A stretch of 63,352 bases of DNA, the filler included, from Gonapodya sp. JEL0774 (Eukaryota): assembly GCA_027604505.1 (NCBI GenBank). It is 48 parts of 48 records of this genome, joined end to end, with 100 filler letters (N's around TTAATTAATTAA, not from the genome) between each part and the next. Parts side by side here need not be neighbours in the genome. Positions count along the whole stretch, not along the records: positions 51,628 to 52,844 come from JADIIX010003584.1; positions 52,945 to 54,160 come from JADIIX010003585.1; positions 54,261 to 55,476 come from JADIIX010003586.1; positions 55,577 to 56,790 come from JADIIX010003587.1; positions 56,891 to 58,104 come from JADIIX010003588.1; positions 58,205 to 59,417 come from JADIIX010003589.1; positions 59,518 to 60,729 come from JADIIX010003590.1; positions 60,830 to 62,041 come from JADIIX010003591.1; 40 more parts are not named here. One strand, written 5' to 3'. Shown piece by piece: positions 51,715 to 63,352 of this stretch; the first letter of the stretch is position 1, and each line of letters starts with the position of its first letter. Position numbers and translations under genes: made by a program. Under the pieces are notes generated by a model. The model saw only the letters and a program-made list of their open reading frames with translations, was not told where the DNA came from and did not search any database.

Positions 51715-52844
51715 AAATAAGTCATTAAATGACAAGGTAACTGAGTTGATAGTTGGATAGGCCTGTGCGCTAACAAAAGTGACCACATCTGAGACTGGAT
51801 TGATCACAAGGCACATTTCACGGATGGTGATCCATTCCTTCTTGGTAAGATGAAACTTCTGGAACCTAGGCTGCATGTCATCTGTGCAGAACTAATCAAT
51901 TGCCTGTGGTGAATAATCCACAAACAATAAAACTGAATGTCAGATCTATAAAAGATCACTTTCACTTACCTTCCTCAGCTTCCACCCCCTAGCAAGCATT
52001 TCTAAGTGGAATGCCATCGAGTTGCCACATCAAGGATCAATTCTAGTGACTTGAGACCAAGCTGCTGGCAAACCTTTGCAAACACTTCACGCAGCTGGGG
52101 ACTCTTTCGGATTGCCACGATAAAAGTCCGAAGCTTGAAGCTTAAGAGTGCTTACAGACTTGAGTCAAAAGATGAATTGAATGACACTCACTTTTGCAAA
52201 TGGAGATGCACTCCTTGCTGCTTCTTCAGTAAGGTCATCTCGCTCGTCTGCCTCATTATTTGCATAATGTAGCTCGTCAACTGCTTCAAAATCATCACCA
52301 TGTTTCCGAATTTGTGATCTCAAGACACTGATCATGGCATTTGCTACCAAGTTCAATGCATGACCAAAACAAAAGATGTGATTCTTTGAGGAATCAAAAC
52401 CATTCGGGAGTGTGTAGCAATAATCACGCCGCAAAGCTCTCATCATTGTGTCATTGTTTGTTGCATTGTCGGTTACAACAGCAACCAGCTAAAAATGTGG
52501 AAATATCAGACCTTATATGCAAAGCAGCTCTCAGCTTACCTTCGAAGTCACTCCATACAAATCTAAAACTGTTCCCAGTGCTGGCCCAAGATTCTCACCC
52601 GAGTGTGATCCAGATAGCTTGACCAGATCGAGAGCCTTCGAGACAGGAGTCCAAGAATTCTCCTGATCTTCAATGTAGTGAACTGTGACTCCAATAAACG
52701 TGTGTTTCATTCCAATAGTTGTCCAAGTGTCAGTGGTTACAGCAACTTTGGATGTGACACTCTGGTTTGTGAAAAATGGGTTTGGTTGCGAAGTGTTTCT
52801 CTAAAAGCTTACCGGAAAGAACTCACTTGAATCTCATCAATTAT
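51715..52844 (-). mobile_element. hAT-family transposase fragment, intron-containing, pseudogenised
   Basis: VTTDTWT, FIGVTVHY, HSGENL, VTDNATN, CFGHALNL, LDVATRWHST; frameshift after RWHST and a later in-frame TAG. Confidence 0.93.
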
Positions 52845-52944
52845 NNNNNNNNNNNNNNNNNNNNNNNNNNNNNNNNNNNNNNNNNNNNTTAATTAATTAA
52901 NNNNNNNNNNNNNNNNNNNNNNNNNNNNNNNNNNNNNNNNNNNN

Positions 52945-54057
52945 GCGCTTTTCTGGCGGCTTCTTCAAGCTTGCTTACTGTTCGCGCAAGCTTTGCATCG
53001 TCTCGCCCAACGACCACGAGCCTTGCAGGTGCGTGAGCCAGTGCCGTAAGTGCGGTGAGGGAGCCGAAGCAGCCAGTTGCGCCTGTCACGACCACGGTGA
53101 AATTAGGCTTCATACCACCACGGAGAAGGCTCTGTTGAGCTAGCGCCATCTGTAAAGTTGTAATATGTACCGGGAGACAAATGCAAAAACTTCGCCACTA
53201 GAAACATACATGGCCAACAGACGCCATTGCACCGACGATGTTACGGCCCTCTGTGCCGAGATCATGCGTAAGCCGTGAGATGGATGTAACCATCGAAATG
53301 TCAGCCAAATAGTACTTTGAGAGAGGGCCGTCTTGCCATTGAGCGTAAACTTCATGGTATCGCCATTTCGGATGTTGAGTGCACTTTGTGGGGTGTATGC
53401 GGTCTCTCGCAACAAAGTAACGTCTGCTCACTCACTTCTTGAGCTGGATAGACTCATGTGGTCAGAAAGTCCCGTCAGAATCTCATCATAAGCCCCACCG
53501 TTTTGGCGGCTTCCCTAAAGAGTCGGATAGTGAGAGTATCACACGCGCCACAGGAACGAATTAACAATGGAAACCCCCACTCATAGGTTAAAATCCTTCC
53601 AATCAAGTAATAGCACGACGGAATCTCACCATTTGAGGGTCGACATATACGAACTCCCCGGTTTGAAGATCGAATACATCCGCGGTTGTTTCTCTGACAA
53701 TGCCAACGCATCCTGTTCCGAAAGCTGTCACGCAAATCATGACCGTCCTTGAGTATAAGCGACAAAATACCAGAATACCACGGACTACAATGTAGACTCA
53801 CGATGTGGATCCACTGGGACATTGTACCTGGGCAATACACCATCGAGGACTGGACAATCTCTGCGTAAGAATTATGATTCCCAGCTCATAGGTCAGATGA
53901 ATGCATCCAACCACTCACTGTCTTTCCAGTATGTTAGAAGCCCCACCGTCTGTACTTCCACGAGAACTGCCCTCGATCGGCCTTCAAGTGTCGGCAACGG
54001 TACTTGCTTGACCGAGATGCGACGATCGGTCTTAGAATTGATGACGGCAGCAAGCAT
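52945..54057 (-). CDS. MDR-family (zinc-binding alcohol dehydrogenase-like) oxidoreductase, 3' partial
   Basis: VKQVPLPT, GTGCVGIV...GEFVYVDP, WQDGPLSKY, VVVTGATGCFG, VVVGRD. Confidence 0.75.
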
Positions 54058-54284
54058 TGTGAAGAAACTGTGAAGTTGAGTGAATAGACTGGAGGTTTCA
54101 TATATAAGTTCGGTGTAAATTTTCGAACTTCCGACGGAATCGCCTAAACCGATATTTACGNNNNNNNNNNNNNNNNNNNNNNNNNNNNNNNNNNNNNNNN
54201 NNNNTTAATTAATTAANNNNNNNNNNNNNNNNNNNNNNNNNNNNNNNNNNNNNNNNNNNNCTTCTGCATACTCTCCTTGCTTAG

Positions 54285-55468
54285 GGCCTCATTGGAGTCA
54301 ACATTGCCATCTCCAGTGTCCTCGGACCTTACCTAGGCGGACTCTTTGCTGACACGCCTTCTATCGGATGGCGATGGTGCTTCTACATTGCGTGAGCAAT
54401 CGAACTTGCTCCTTGCCGCCCACCTCGTGCATTCAAAGTTCCCCATCTCTGAAAACATCACATATTGATGGGTGACTGCATTTTTCTACAATATGAAAGT
54501 GCCCCGATAGGTGTCGTGGCGTTCTTGATGATATATTTCCTCCTTCCGCTCAAACCCGTCACGGGGTCGTTCAAGACCAAAATTCTCCAGGTGGATTACA
54601 TCGGCACTGTTCTCATTTTAGTGTCTACTCTACTTCTACTGGTGAGTGATTGATTGACTCCACTATTGTCCTTATAATCGCACACATGATGTGTCTTAAC
54701 CATCCTGCTCCTTCACTGTAGCTTCCCATGAACTGGGGCGGCACCACATACCCTTGGTCCTCCCCTATAATTGTGATTATGTTTTGCCTTGCTGCTGTTT
54801 TTGTGAGCGTTCTGGTAGCGGTCGAGTTGTGGATCGAGAGGAGGGGGAGGTTGCCCATCATCCCCAGTGAGTGGCCCCTACCCACCATGTATCACAAATT
54901 GAAAATAAAAGGTCCTTACATCTGTAACAAATGCTTCCTTGCTTTCACTCAGTGCGTCTCTTCTCCAACCGAACCGCCTGCGTTGTCTTCGTCACCCAAT
55001 TCCTCTCCGGGATCGTCTACTACGGTCAACTCTACTACATACCACAATATTTCCAGATCGTCAGACAAGATTCAGGCGCGAAGTCCGGATTACAGCTAGT
55101 GCCGCTCCTTTTGGCTCAGACCATATCGAGCTGGATAAGTGGGCTGCTGGTCAGTTGGTCGGGAAGGTCAGTAAAACGCCTCGAGTGGAGCCATTATGGC
55201 CGATGAAGACCACAAAGATCCCGACGTTTGCGTTTGTAGATACAAGCCCTCCATAGCAGTAGGGTTCGTACTCTGGTCGGTCGGTGTGGGACTCTTGCAT
55301 ACACTGTCGCGCACGACGTCGTCACCAATGCTCCTGGTGATCTTGATCTTGACCGGTGAGTGGGACAATGAAGTCGGTCGTGCTGAGAAGATGATGTCAA
55401 TGATGACCGTTTTGTGCATAACGGTCCAACAGGTATCGGTGCCGGTCAAACATTCCAGACCTCCCTCG
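54285..55468 (+). CDS. MFS DHA2 (14-TMS) drug:H+ antiporter fragment
   Basis: LGPYLGG, GWRWCFYI, VDYIG, NWGGTTYPWSS, YYIPQYFQIV. Confidence 0.95.
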
Positions 55469-55591
55469 GTACGTGCNNNNNNNNNNNNNNNNNNNNNNNN
55501 NNNNNNNNNNNNNNNNNNNNTTAATTAATTAANNNNNNNNNNNNNNNNNNNNNNNNNNNNNNNNNNNNNNNNNNNNTAATATGGACCGTAC

Positions 55592-56790
55592 CTCATCTGC
55601 ATAACCTGAGCGTATTTCTGCTGAAGAAGACCTCGCATTTCTTTGAGCATTTGAATATAAGTCGGCGTTTTATATTTCGTCATCACCTGCAAGCATCAAC
55701 GCAATCTGGTCAGCTTCAGCAACTCACGAATAGGAATAAGCAGATCGCGTACCTGCATAAAAGCCCAAGACGCAGCACCAGTTTTCTGTCCTCCGATTGA
55801 AGCGTCGGCAGACGTCTGCTTGTCTGCACAGCCAGCAAACTATCATATCACAATTGTGTTGAGAAGAAAAACGTGCGTGAAACTCTGAGCTCAGTGTATG
55901 ACGCGCTTTCTGCCCTCCCCCGTCTCTTCAATCCACATGCCTCCTCACCTGAATCACCGTTCCGTATGACGCCCGTTTCTGTACCAACTGTTGGATTTGC
56001 TGGGGTGTCAACGTCATACTCGCCGCGTTGTTCCCCGGCCCACCACCGGCGAACGCTCCCGTGCCACCGAACAGTTGTGTTACGGCATCATTAGGATTGG
56101 CACGATCGATTACACCCTGGCGGAGCATATTGCGGGCTGCGGGAAGGCGGTTGTCGAACTGGACAACTATAAATTGCGTCCAGCATTTTCTTTTTGTTAG
56201 AAAAAGAGCGACAATTTCAGCGCTTAAGTTTCCCTTACCGTCCAGATTTCCATCAGCGGTGTACGTGTAAGGAAGATCTGTCCCAAATCGGATTGTAAAC
56301 CGTTGAAATTCATTGCGTACATGCACTGACAATGGTGAAAGGTCTTACCCATCACCGACCCTGAATGGCAGGAATCAAAGATGGCCGTCAAGTGACATCC
56401 CTGATTGACCGTGAATACCCTTTGCTGAGTAGTCTCAATGCAGTATCCACGAAATATTTGATGACACACACCTCCGGCAGCGGCTTCACCATGATCTCGA
56501 AAATCTCATCGTCCGTGATCTGTCCCGCCGACTCGTAATCTACGGGCACAATAGTCTCGTCGTTACCGTCAGCTTCGTCGCCATTCTGGTCCTGGGTGGA
56601 ACCTCCGTGACCAGAGTACTGATGACAAGTGCACGGATTTCATGAAACACTGCACAAAGAGACCGCAAATAGACATATAACTCACGTGGAAGAAGAGCGA
56701 ATCCCCCCTCTGTGCATCTTTTACGAGCCATTTCATGGCTGCTGTAATATTTTTGCGCGTTGGTTTCATGCGCGGGTCTGTGTTGTCGTC
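55592..56790 (-). CDS. MCA1: Metacaspase (type I), internal fragment
   Basis: [55 protein letters not shown]. Confidence 0.97.
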
Positions 56791-56959
56791 NNNNNNNNNN
56801 NNNNNNNNNNNNNNNNNNNNNNNNNNNNNNNNNNTTAATTAATTAANNNNNNNNNNNNNNNNNNNNNNNNNNNNNNNNNNNNNNNNNNNNCCCAATGGAG
56901 AGACGAAGTTGTACCAATCAATAGACAAACATTTGCTGTATTCCCCTCGACCCATCACA

Positions 56960-57570
56960 GGCCCTACATACGTCTCTGACCTAGATTCGCACTAACATAC
57001 CCACCCCTCCACACCATAAAGTCTGGGTATGACTGAATTTGAAAAAATTTATGTATATAATCATTCAGTACAAACACATGATAATGCAAGATCGGCTGGA
57101 ACTTGAACAAACTTTCTGATGCTTTTGCTGTGAATATCGTTTCTCCAATCAACTTTGCACAGTTGGCCAAGCTGCCATTTATTATTCGTGGTGTCAACTC
57201 AAAGACCAACTACCTATTTTCCCTCCATCTTAATTTTGCGGTACCTGAGGAGCTGGTGCTCCTCACACCACTTGAGAAAATCCTCCGCAGTAATCTCAGC
57301 CATATCACATCCTCCCTCAACTGCACACTCATGCCTCCTCCAGGTCTTCATGTGATCTTTTTGGTTCCGCAAGTGGGACACTGCAGAATAACCCCGTACC
57401 CAGTTGCATCTCCCACACTTGAATGCAACAACAGCACCATTGCCATGGGTTTCGTAGAGCATCTTCCATGCTTCTTGCTCGGCAAACTTTGAGAAAGCTA
57501 AAGTTCCATGTTTCATATCATGGAAATGATGATCCTCTTCCGAGAAGCAAACACATTCAAGCCAACTCAC
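56960..57570 (-). pseudogene. Degenerate ORF with a CxxC...H...H zinc-finger-like motif, possible TE relic
   Basis: CGRC-NWVRGYSAVSHLRNQKD-H-MKTWRR-H followed by in-frame stops. Confidence 0.25.
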
Positions 57571-58393
57571 GGTACTTGTTTGCAGCTATCACCCCCCGTC
57601 TTGCATTTTTGGTGCGCTGACTTGGCAACTACAGGGTGGTAGACAGATGTAATCACCGAATTCAAACTAAGACACCTCAACTCCCCACCATCTTTGCAAA
57701 AGAACTGGTTCCGTCGCGTCTGTGTGATTCTGCACCTCTCTTGCCCCCCAAGCTACAGCCTGCTAGCTGTAGCCTCTTGTTTTCCTGTAAAAGAGCAGTG
57801 AAAACTTGGGGAACCTACTGCAGCAACACCAATGTACCGGGTCCCAGAGGCCCTTGCGTTTCTTGTAGAGCATTGGACCAACAATCTTTCCACCCTTCTT
57901 CCCATTTTCTGACCTTTTTGCCTTTTGTTCCTGAGCTCACAATGGAAAGGATTAATTCTGAAGGGGGACGAAGTTTCGCTGAGCGAAAGCGAAGCGGGGC
58001 TTCATTCTTTTGATTTTAAGAAGTGAAGGGGTCATGCGAGCTGCTCGGCAAAGGTTGCCGGGCCCCACTCGGGTCGGGGAAAACTCACAAAGAGGGGTGA
58101 GTCGNNNNNNNNNNNNNNNNNNNNNNNNNNNNNNNNNNNNNNNNNNNNTTAATTAATTAANNNNNNNNNNNNNNNNNNNNNNNNNNNNNNNNNNNNNNNN
58201 NNNNTTGCGGATTCAGATCTCGGGAGGTTTCGATGGACGCATTACAGTTTGGTACATCGCACAGTGAATATATACAATCCAACTTAGCGTGGAAGAAGGT
58301 CGTTGTGTCACATATGTGTATGCCATCGCAGCCTTCAAAATACAAGATGCGACACACATTCAACCAGCAAGACTGGATTATCAATCGCTTCGT

Positions 58394-59362
58394 TTAGTCC
58401 CAGCTAAATTGGACGAAAACAAATCGTCAACTCGTGTCCAAACCCCAGCATCAATAATTTGTGACACTCACTACTTGATGGTGCCATCCCACGAACACGT
58501 GGCCACTTTGGACGTCTCATGCGGGTGCCACTCAACAGCCATGACGACTTGATCGTGTGCGCGCCATTTTCTTCAGTGTAAGGTTCATTGCCCAGGTTGC
58601 CGAGTCTGTCAGTATTCTAGTTGCAAGCGATACAACGACCTTTGGTTCTCACTTGATAATCTTAGTGGTCTTCCAGTCCCATGCCCAAACTTTCCCCTCA
58701 CCATCTCCGCTCACCACGAACCTGCCATCCGCAGAAAACGCCGGCTGGCACGCGTAGCCCGCAACGACGTGTCCCGCGAATCGCTTTTTGCGATTGAGAG
58801 AGAACCGGTCCCGCGCAGAATAGACAACGATTTGATTGTCAAGTGAGGTACAGGCGAGCCATTTTTCTTGTATTTTACAAAAAGGAAGGATGGAAACGGT
58901 TAGAGCCAGAATTCCTTCACATTCTCGCACACTCTTCCGCCCTCTCCGATACTCACTACTCGGACTCATCGCCACTGCAGGCATACTATGCATCGCTGGT
59001 TCAGCCACATACTTGATCACCACCGGAATTCCAAACTCCCACACTCGGAGTGTCTTGTCGTCCGAGGTGGACACAAATCTCCTGCCCTCATCCACAAATG
59101 TAACCGTATTGACCGGACCCAAGTGTTGATCATACTCTTGAACGATGGTGGGAGCGCCGGTGTTCGGGTCGAGAGCAGAGAGGTCGTACTGTTGAGTGAG
59201 GTGTTGTAAAGTCACAATGAGCCACTGATGGCATTTCGAACTTCTAAACTACCTGCATGATCTTCTTATCAGAGCAGCCAGCCATCAAAATGTTCTGCTC
59301 CTTGGGATGAAACCTCACACAGTACGGGATTCGCGGTCCAGTTATCCGTTGTATGCACTTGC
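58394..59362 (-). CDS. CDC40: Cdc40/Prp17 WD40 splicing factor, 3' part; 10-nt terminal coding exon
   Basis: [45 protein letters not shown]; ends IKYWD via exon 58403-58394. Confidence 0.96.
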
Positions 59363-59517
59363 CTGTACAAGAACGAATTGAACACATTCACGAAGCTAGC
59401 AGAACAACCCCCACTCCNNNNNNNNNNNNNNNNNNNNNNNNNNNNNNNNNNNNNNNNNNNNTTAATTAATTAANNNNNNNNNNNNNNNNNNNNNNNNNNN
59501 NNNNNNNNNNNNNNNNN

Positions 59518-60688
59518 TGGTGCTATTGGCGGTGATTTGCGTGCAAAATACGCGGACAAAAAGCGGGGTAAGTTGGAACCGAGGTGTTTTAGACCCCCGC
59601 ATACTTTCCGATTGGGGCTTCGGCAAAGTTCGAGCTAAGCTCACTGTTCGTCTTTATAGGTTTGACCATTTCCGAAGCTTGGACAACCAGCAACGTTGTC
59701 TCGGCCTCCGTCGAGCTCCAGGACACGATTGTCTCCGGTCTCAAACTCGCTTTGGATGGTTCTATCCTTCCCGCCGTTGGGTGAGCACACATGAAGAGAT
59801 TCCAACCGGCTGTTGCTCAAATTGGGACAGCTTGCTGATGGTCTGTATTACTCTCGGCGATGCCGTCTTTCCAGTCAACGCAATGCACGCGTCGGTGCGG
59901 AATACAAGCAGGACCATATTTTCCTCCGCACTGCTCTCGATGTGTTCCGTGGGCCAACCATTACCTCCGACTTGGTCGTGGGTGCCGATGGCGTGCTCGT
60001 TGGCGGAGAAGGTGAGATTGTGCGATTGACAGAAAACCGACATTTATCGTTTGGTTCCCAGTCTAGTGGACAGACTGAGCTCCCAACCACCTACGGAATG
60101 AAATACCCCGTGTCATATGGACATGCCGTGATGTTCCCCTTCTAGTGTAACGCATTCCCACTCTCATCCTCTTCTTCCCTCGCGTTCTAGTCGCCTACGA
60201 CGTGAAGAGCGCCAGTGTAACCAAGTACAACACGGCCCTCGGGGTGTGTTGAGCTTTTTCTCGTCCTTGGATTGGTCTTTTGTTAACTTATGATTCGATA
60301 TTCCCCTCCTCAGTACCTTGCGAAAGATTATGCTGTGACCCTGCACGCGTAAGCACTCCATGCATTCCGTGTTCTCACCATTTCATCTATACACACGTTC
60401 GGACGCGATGAAACCTCCAGAAACAATGCTTTCTCTATCTTCTCTGCCGCCTACTGGCACCGAGTCTCCCCGGAACTCGAAGCCGGTGCTAAGGCAATTT
60501 GGGATCGAAAGGTGCTCTGGATAGCTTTACTGCAAATTTCGTATCTTCTGACGAAGCACCTTCATGTTTCAGGTCGAACTCTCAGGTGTTGGCTTGGAAG
60601 TCGGCACCAAGCTCGTTTTGGACAAGGACACATCCGTGAAGGCCAAGATCAACAACATCGGCATCCTTGGTCTCGGATACACGCAGTC
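59518..60688 (+). CDS. POR1: Mitochondrial porin (VDAC), internal fragment
   Basis: LTISEAWTTSN, GLKL, LDVFRGPT, YWHRVSPELEAG, GLEVGTK, VKAKINNIGILGLGYTQ. Confidence 0.93.
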
Positions 60689-61016
60689 GTGAGTATCGAC
60701 TGCGTAATCTTGAGTTGCTGGTTGTGGCANNNNNNNNNNNNNNNNNNNNNNNNNNNNNNNNNNNNNNNNNNNNTTAATTAATTAANNNNNNNNNNNNNNN
60801 NNNNNNNNNNNNNNNNNNNNNNNNNNNNNAGCGTGAGGGCTTTTAGAGCTAGTACATGAAAAATTGAAAAATGTATGGATTCCTTCGTGGTCAACTTTAT
60901 TACACAAGGTGAACCCTGTCCTTGCCATGATGATGGTGCCAAGTCGTGGCGGTATCTAAACAACATACAGGAAATCGAAACTTAATCGGGCGCGCAGAGC
61001 CCGCTCCCGCTCGCAG

Positions 61017-62041
61017 ATGTTTCCCATCACCCAAACCATCATAGTGCTGCTCTTGTGGTCGACCCCCTGCTTCGCATTTTCCAGAGCTGTCGAGTTCCCG
61101 TCTGCTGTAGACAGGATGCCATCGAAGGACTCCACGTTCAGACACCAAGACTAGTAAAGAGACAAACAGTTTGTGAGTTTGGACTAGCTCTCTGCGCTCC
61201 GGTACTACTTGGAATTCGGCATTGGAGTTGACATTCGCACCGAACACGGACAAGACCCGACGTGCCCAGCCGACACCACCCTCACTTACGTCGGCACTGG
61301 TGGCTCTTCTGGCTCAATATATCGGACTCCTACTGGAACGCAGTGTTCTGGATGTCCAGGGCAGGGAACGTTGACCCAGTGGAACCAGAACATATTACAG
61401 TGCCAAACTATTCAAGCCACACGTGAGATAGGAAATGTCCACTCAGTTGCATTATGACTACGTGACCTTGCATGTCGGCTCCGTGTAGTTCCCACTTGCC
61501 CAGCCGATACCACCTTAACGTTTGTGGGAGCCGGGGGCTCATCTGGCTCGATTTATCGAACACCGTCGGGATCGCAGTGCTCAGGATGTCCAGGTCAAGG
61601 CACGGTGACACAATGGAATCCGAGCACGTTACAATGTCAGACTATTCAAGCACGTGAGTCTCCGTAACCTGATTATTTGCATCCCAGTCTATGTTCGTCT
61701 CACTCAAAAGCAATGTCAGTTCCAACATGCCCAGCCGACACTACTCTGACATACGTATCAGCGGGTGGCTCATCAGGATCGATCTATCGAACCCCGTCAG
61801 GATCACAATGCTCAGGCTGTCCAGGGCAGGGAACGGTGACACAGTGGAACCAAAACGCGATGCAGTGTCAGACAATCCAGGCAACGTGTGAGTTTGTTGC
61901 CGGAATCTGAGCATTGGCTGCCGCATTCTACCGTCCTACATTTTTCAGTCCCGACGTGCCCAGTGGATACCACTTTGACACTGGTCGGTGCTGGTGGTTC
62001 ATCAGGATCAATCTATCGAACCCCATCCGGGTCGCAGTGCT
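61017..62041 (+). CDS. Putative secreted protein made of tandem 55-56 aa four-Cys modules, one per exon, 3' partial
   Basis: Exons 61255-61422, 61489-61653, 61720-61887, 61949-edge each encode PTCP(A/V)DTTLT.V..GGSSGSIYRTP.G.QCSGCPGQGT.TQWN....QCQTIQA. Confidence 0.85.
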
Positions 62042-62862
62042 NNNNNNNNNNNNNNNNNNNNNNNNNNNNNNNNNNNNNNNNNNNNTTAATTAATTAANNN
62101 NNNNNNNNNNNNNNNNNNNNNNNNNNNNNNNNNNNNNNNNNATGCTCTCATGTGTCAAAGTCAAAGAACAAGTGCTTCAAATTCCATCCCAATCCCCATC
62201 TGTAACTCCACAGATTTCACATATCAAAATTGCCTATTTAAGCATGTCACAATCATAAAAATATGCTCATTTATGTGTGAGGTGTTTAGTGTACTAATGG
62301 GTTGCATTTTGGTGTTCAATTTCTCTCGAGGATGCAGAGACTGTCCACATGCCTAGAATCAGTAACTCACTACATTGGACTGATAGCAGAAACCACCAAC
62401 CATTTCACACAACCAGGAAATACAATGAGCTCCTTGGTTTACATCTGTAGGAATGAAAGAATAGCTCAGTGCGCTATAATTTAATTCGAATACCCCACAA
62501 CCTCATTGCTGAGCTTCCCATTAGTCAATGACATTAATTGAGGTATAAAGTACAGCACTTCAAGCTGTAAAAAGCTGTACTGACTTGATATCTATTGCAG
62601 AAAGGTTTCATGTGCGGTTGGATGAATTTATAGTGATCAATGCCTGACAAATGTTAATCACCATGTCCATTCCAATGGACAATACAAGAGCCTGACTCCA
62701 AATTTCACAAACTAGATGCAATTTAAGGTGCCAAAGGGACACAATCTACTGCCAATGCGGCCATGTAACAGAAAACTTTCTAACAGGGACAATCATCGGT
62801 TCCACACACAGCAATAAAAGAGCCACAAGTACTATAAAGCAACTAAATATGACAGAACATAT

Positions 62863-63352
62863 CTAATCCTTCTTTTTCTTCCTTGCTCTGTACTCTCTTG
62901 CCTTAACAGACTTCAAATCAATATATACTGTCTCCTTTGGTGGTCTTCCCCTCCCACGTTTCCTCACAACAGGTTCAGACTCCAGTTCAGGGCTTGCCTC
63001 CCTCCTCCTGGTAGTATCCACGGCAGATTGGTTTCCCAATTGTCTGTATCTCCTCAGGGCCATAGGTGTGTCTGGAATCTCAATGTCAAAGTCAGGATCT
63101 CGCTCAAGAGCAACAGGGCGAAGTACAACTAAAGAGGATGATTATACCCTATCAAGGCTTGAGTTGCCAGAATGAGCATTTTAGTGCTTACTCTCTTCTT
63201 CCTCTGCAGTCTCTCCTGTAACTGGTTTGATAACAGGAGTAATAGGGTGTCGTGTACGTGTACGGCCGAAAACTGACCCCCTCTGATCTGCCCAAAAACT
63301 TTTCTGAACAAGGAAACTATATATAACAATGTTGTTGGGGTGGTTGGCTGGT
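62863..63352 (-). CDS. 3' end of an AT-hook-containing protein in CpG-poor DNA
   Basis: RKRGRGRPPK near the C-terminus; GTAAGC...TTTAG intron joins EEEE to IVLRPVALE. Confidence 0.6.

Noticed and set aside
51628..52844. Complete transposon with 87-bp TIRs
   Set aside because: The repeat is exon/intron sequence from inside the transposase; no TSD is visible
1235..62141. Regularly spaced TTAATTAATTAA motif, ORFs ending ...XXXLIN, and apparent gene clusters across contigs
   Set aside because: Artificial linker; neighbours across spacers are unrelated contigs sorted by length
63200..63352. Possible TET/JBP dioxygenase C-terminal strand before the AT-hook
   Set aside because: Too short, and no diagnostic HxD/H/R residues are visible

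Overview
This is not a contiguous locus. It is 48 unrelated short contigs (1234 bp falling to 1211 bp, sorted by length) joined by 47 artificial 100-nt spacers (N-run + TTAATTAATTAA + N-run), so nothing can be inferred from adjacency across spacers and nearly all genes are partial. The DNA is eukaryotic with many short GT-AG introns. Fungal-type genes (metacaspase, DHA2 MFS, CBM1, GH26) together with the basal-body protein DZIP1 point to a zoosporic, early-diverging fungus; a chytrid/monoblepharid-like organism is my inference. Recognisable fragments: TMEM97/EXPERA, proline dehydrogenase, NOSIP, ABCG, carnitine acyltransferase, GH26, 2OG-oxygenase, acyl-CoA dehydrogenase, ClpP, DUF1917, tRNA-Asp, syntaxin, DZIP1, thioesterase, TFIIB, MFS x2, Prp22, RGS, RNR1, a phosphoserine-aminotransferase homologue, a CHD remodeler, MDR dehydrogenase, metacaspase, Cdc40, VDAC, and copia, gypsy and hAT elements. 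Best leads for novelty: (1) a probably secreted protein built from a 55-56 aa four-Cys module I do not recognise, one module per phase-1 exon; (2) a PSAT homologue lacking the phosphate-binding His-Arg; (3) a spliced chromodomain-Ulp1 protease fusion in CpG-depleted DNA; (4) a CBM1-CBM1-polyPro protein ending in an unrecognised 10-Cys domain; (5) an intron-free ORFan pair, possibly viral, with a tandem repeat spanning a stop codon. All family calls are by eye; no database search was run.
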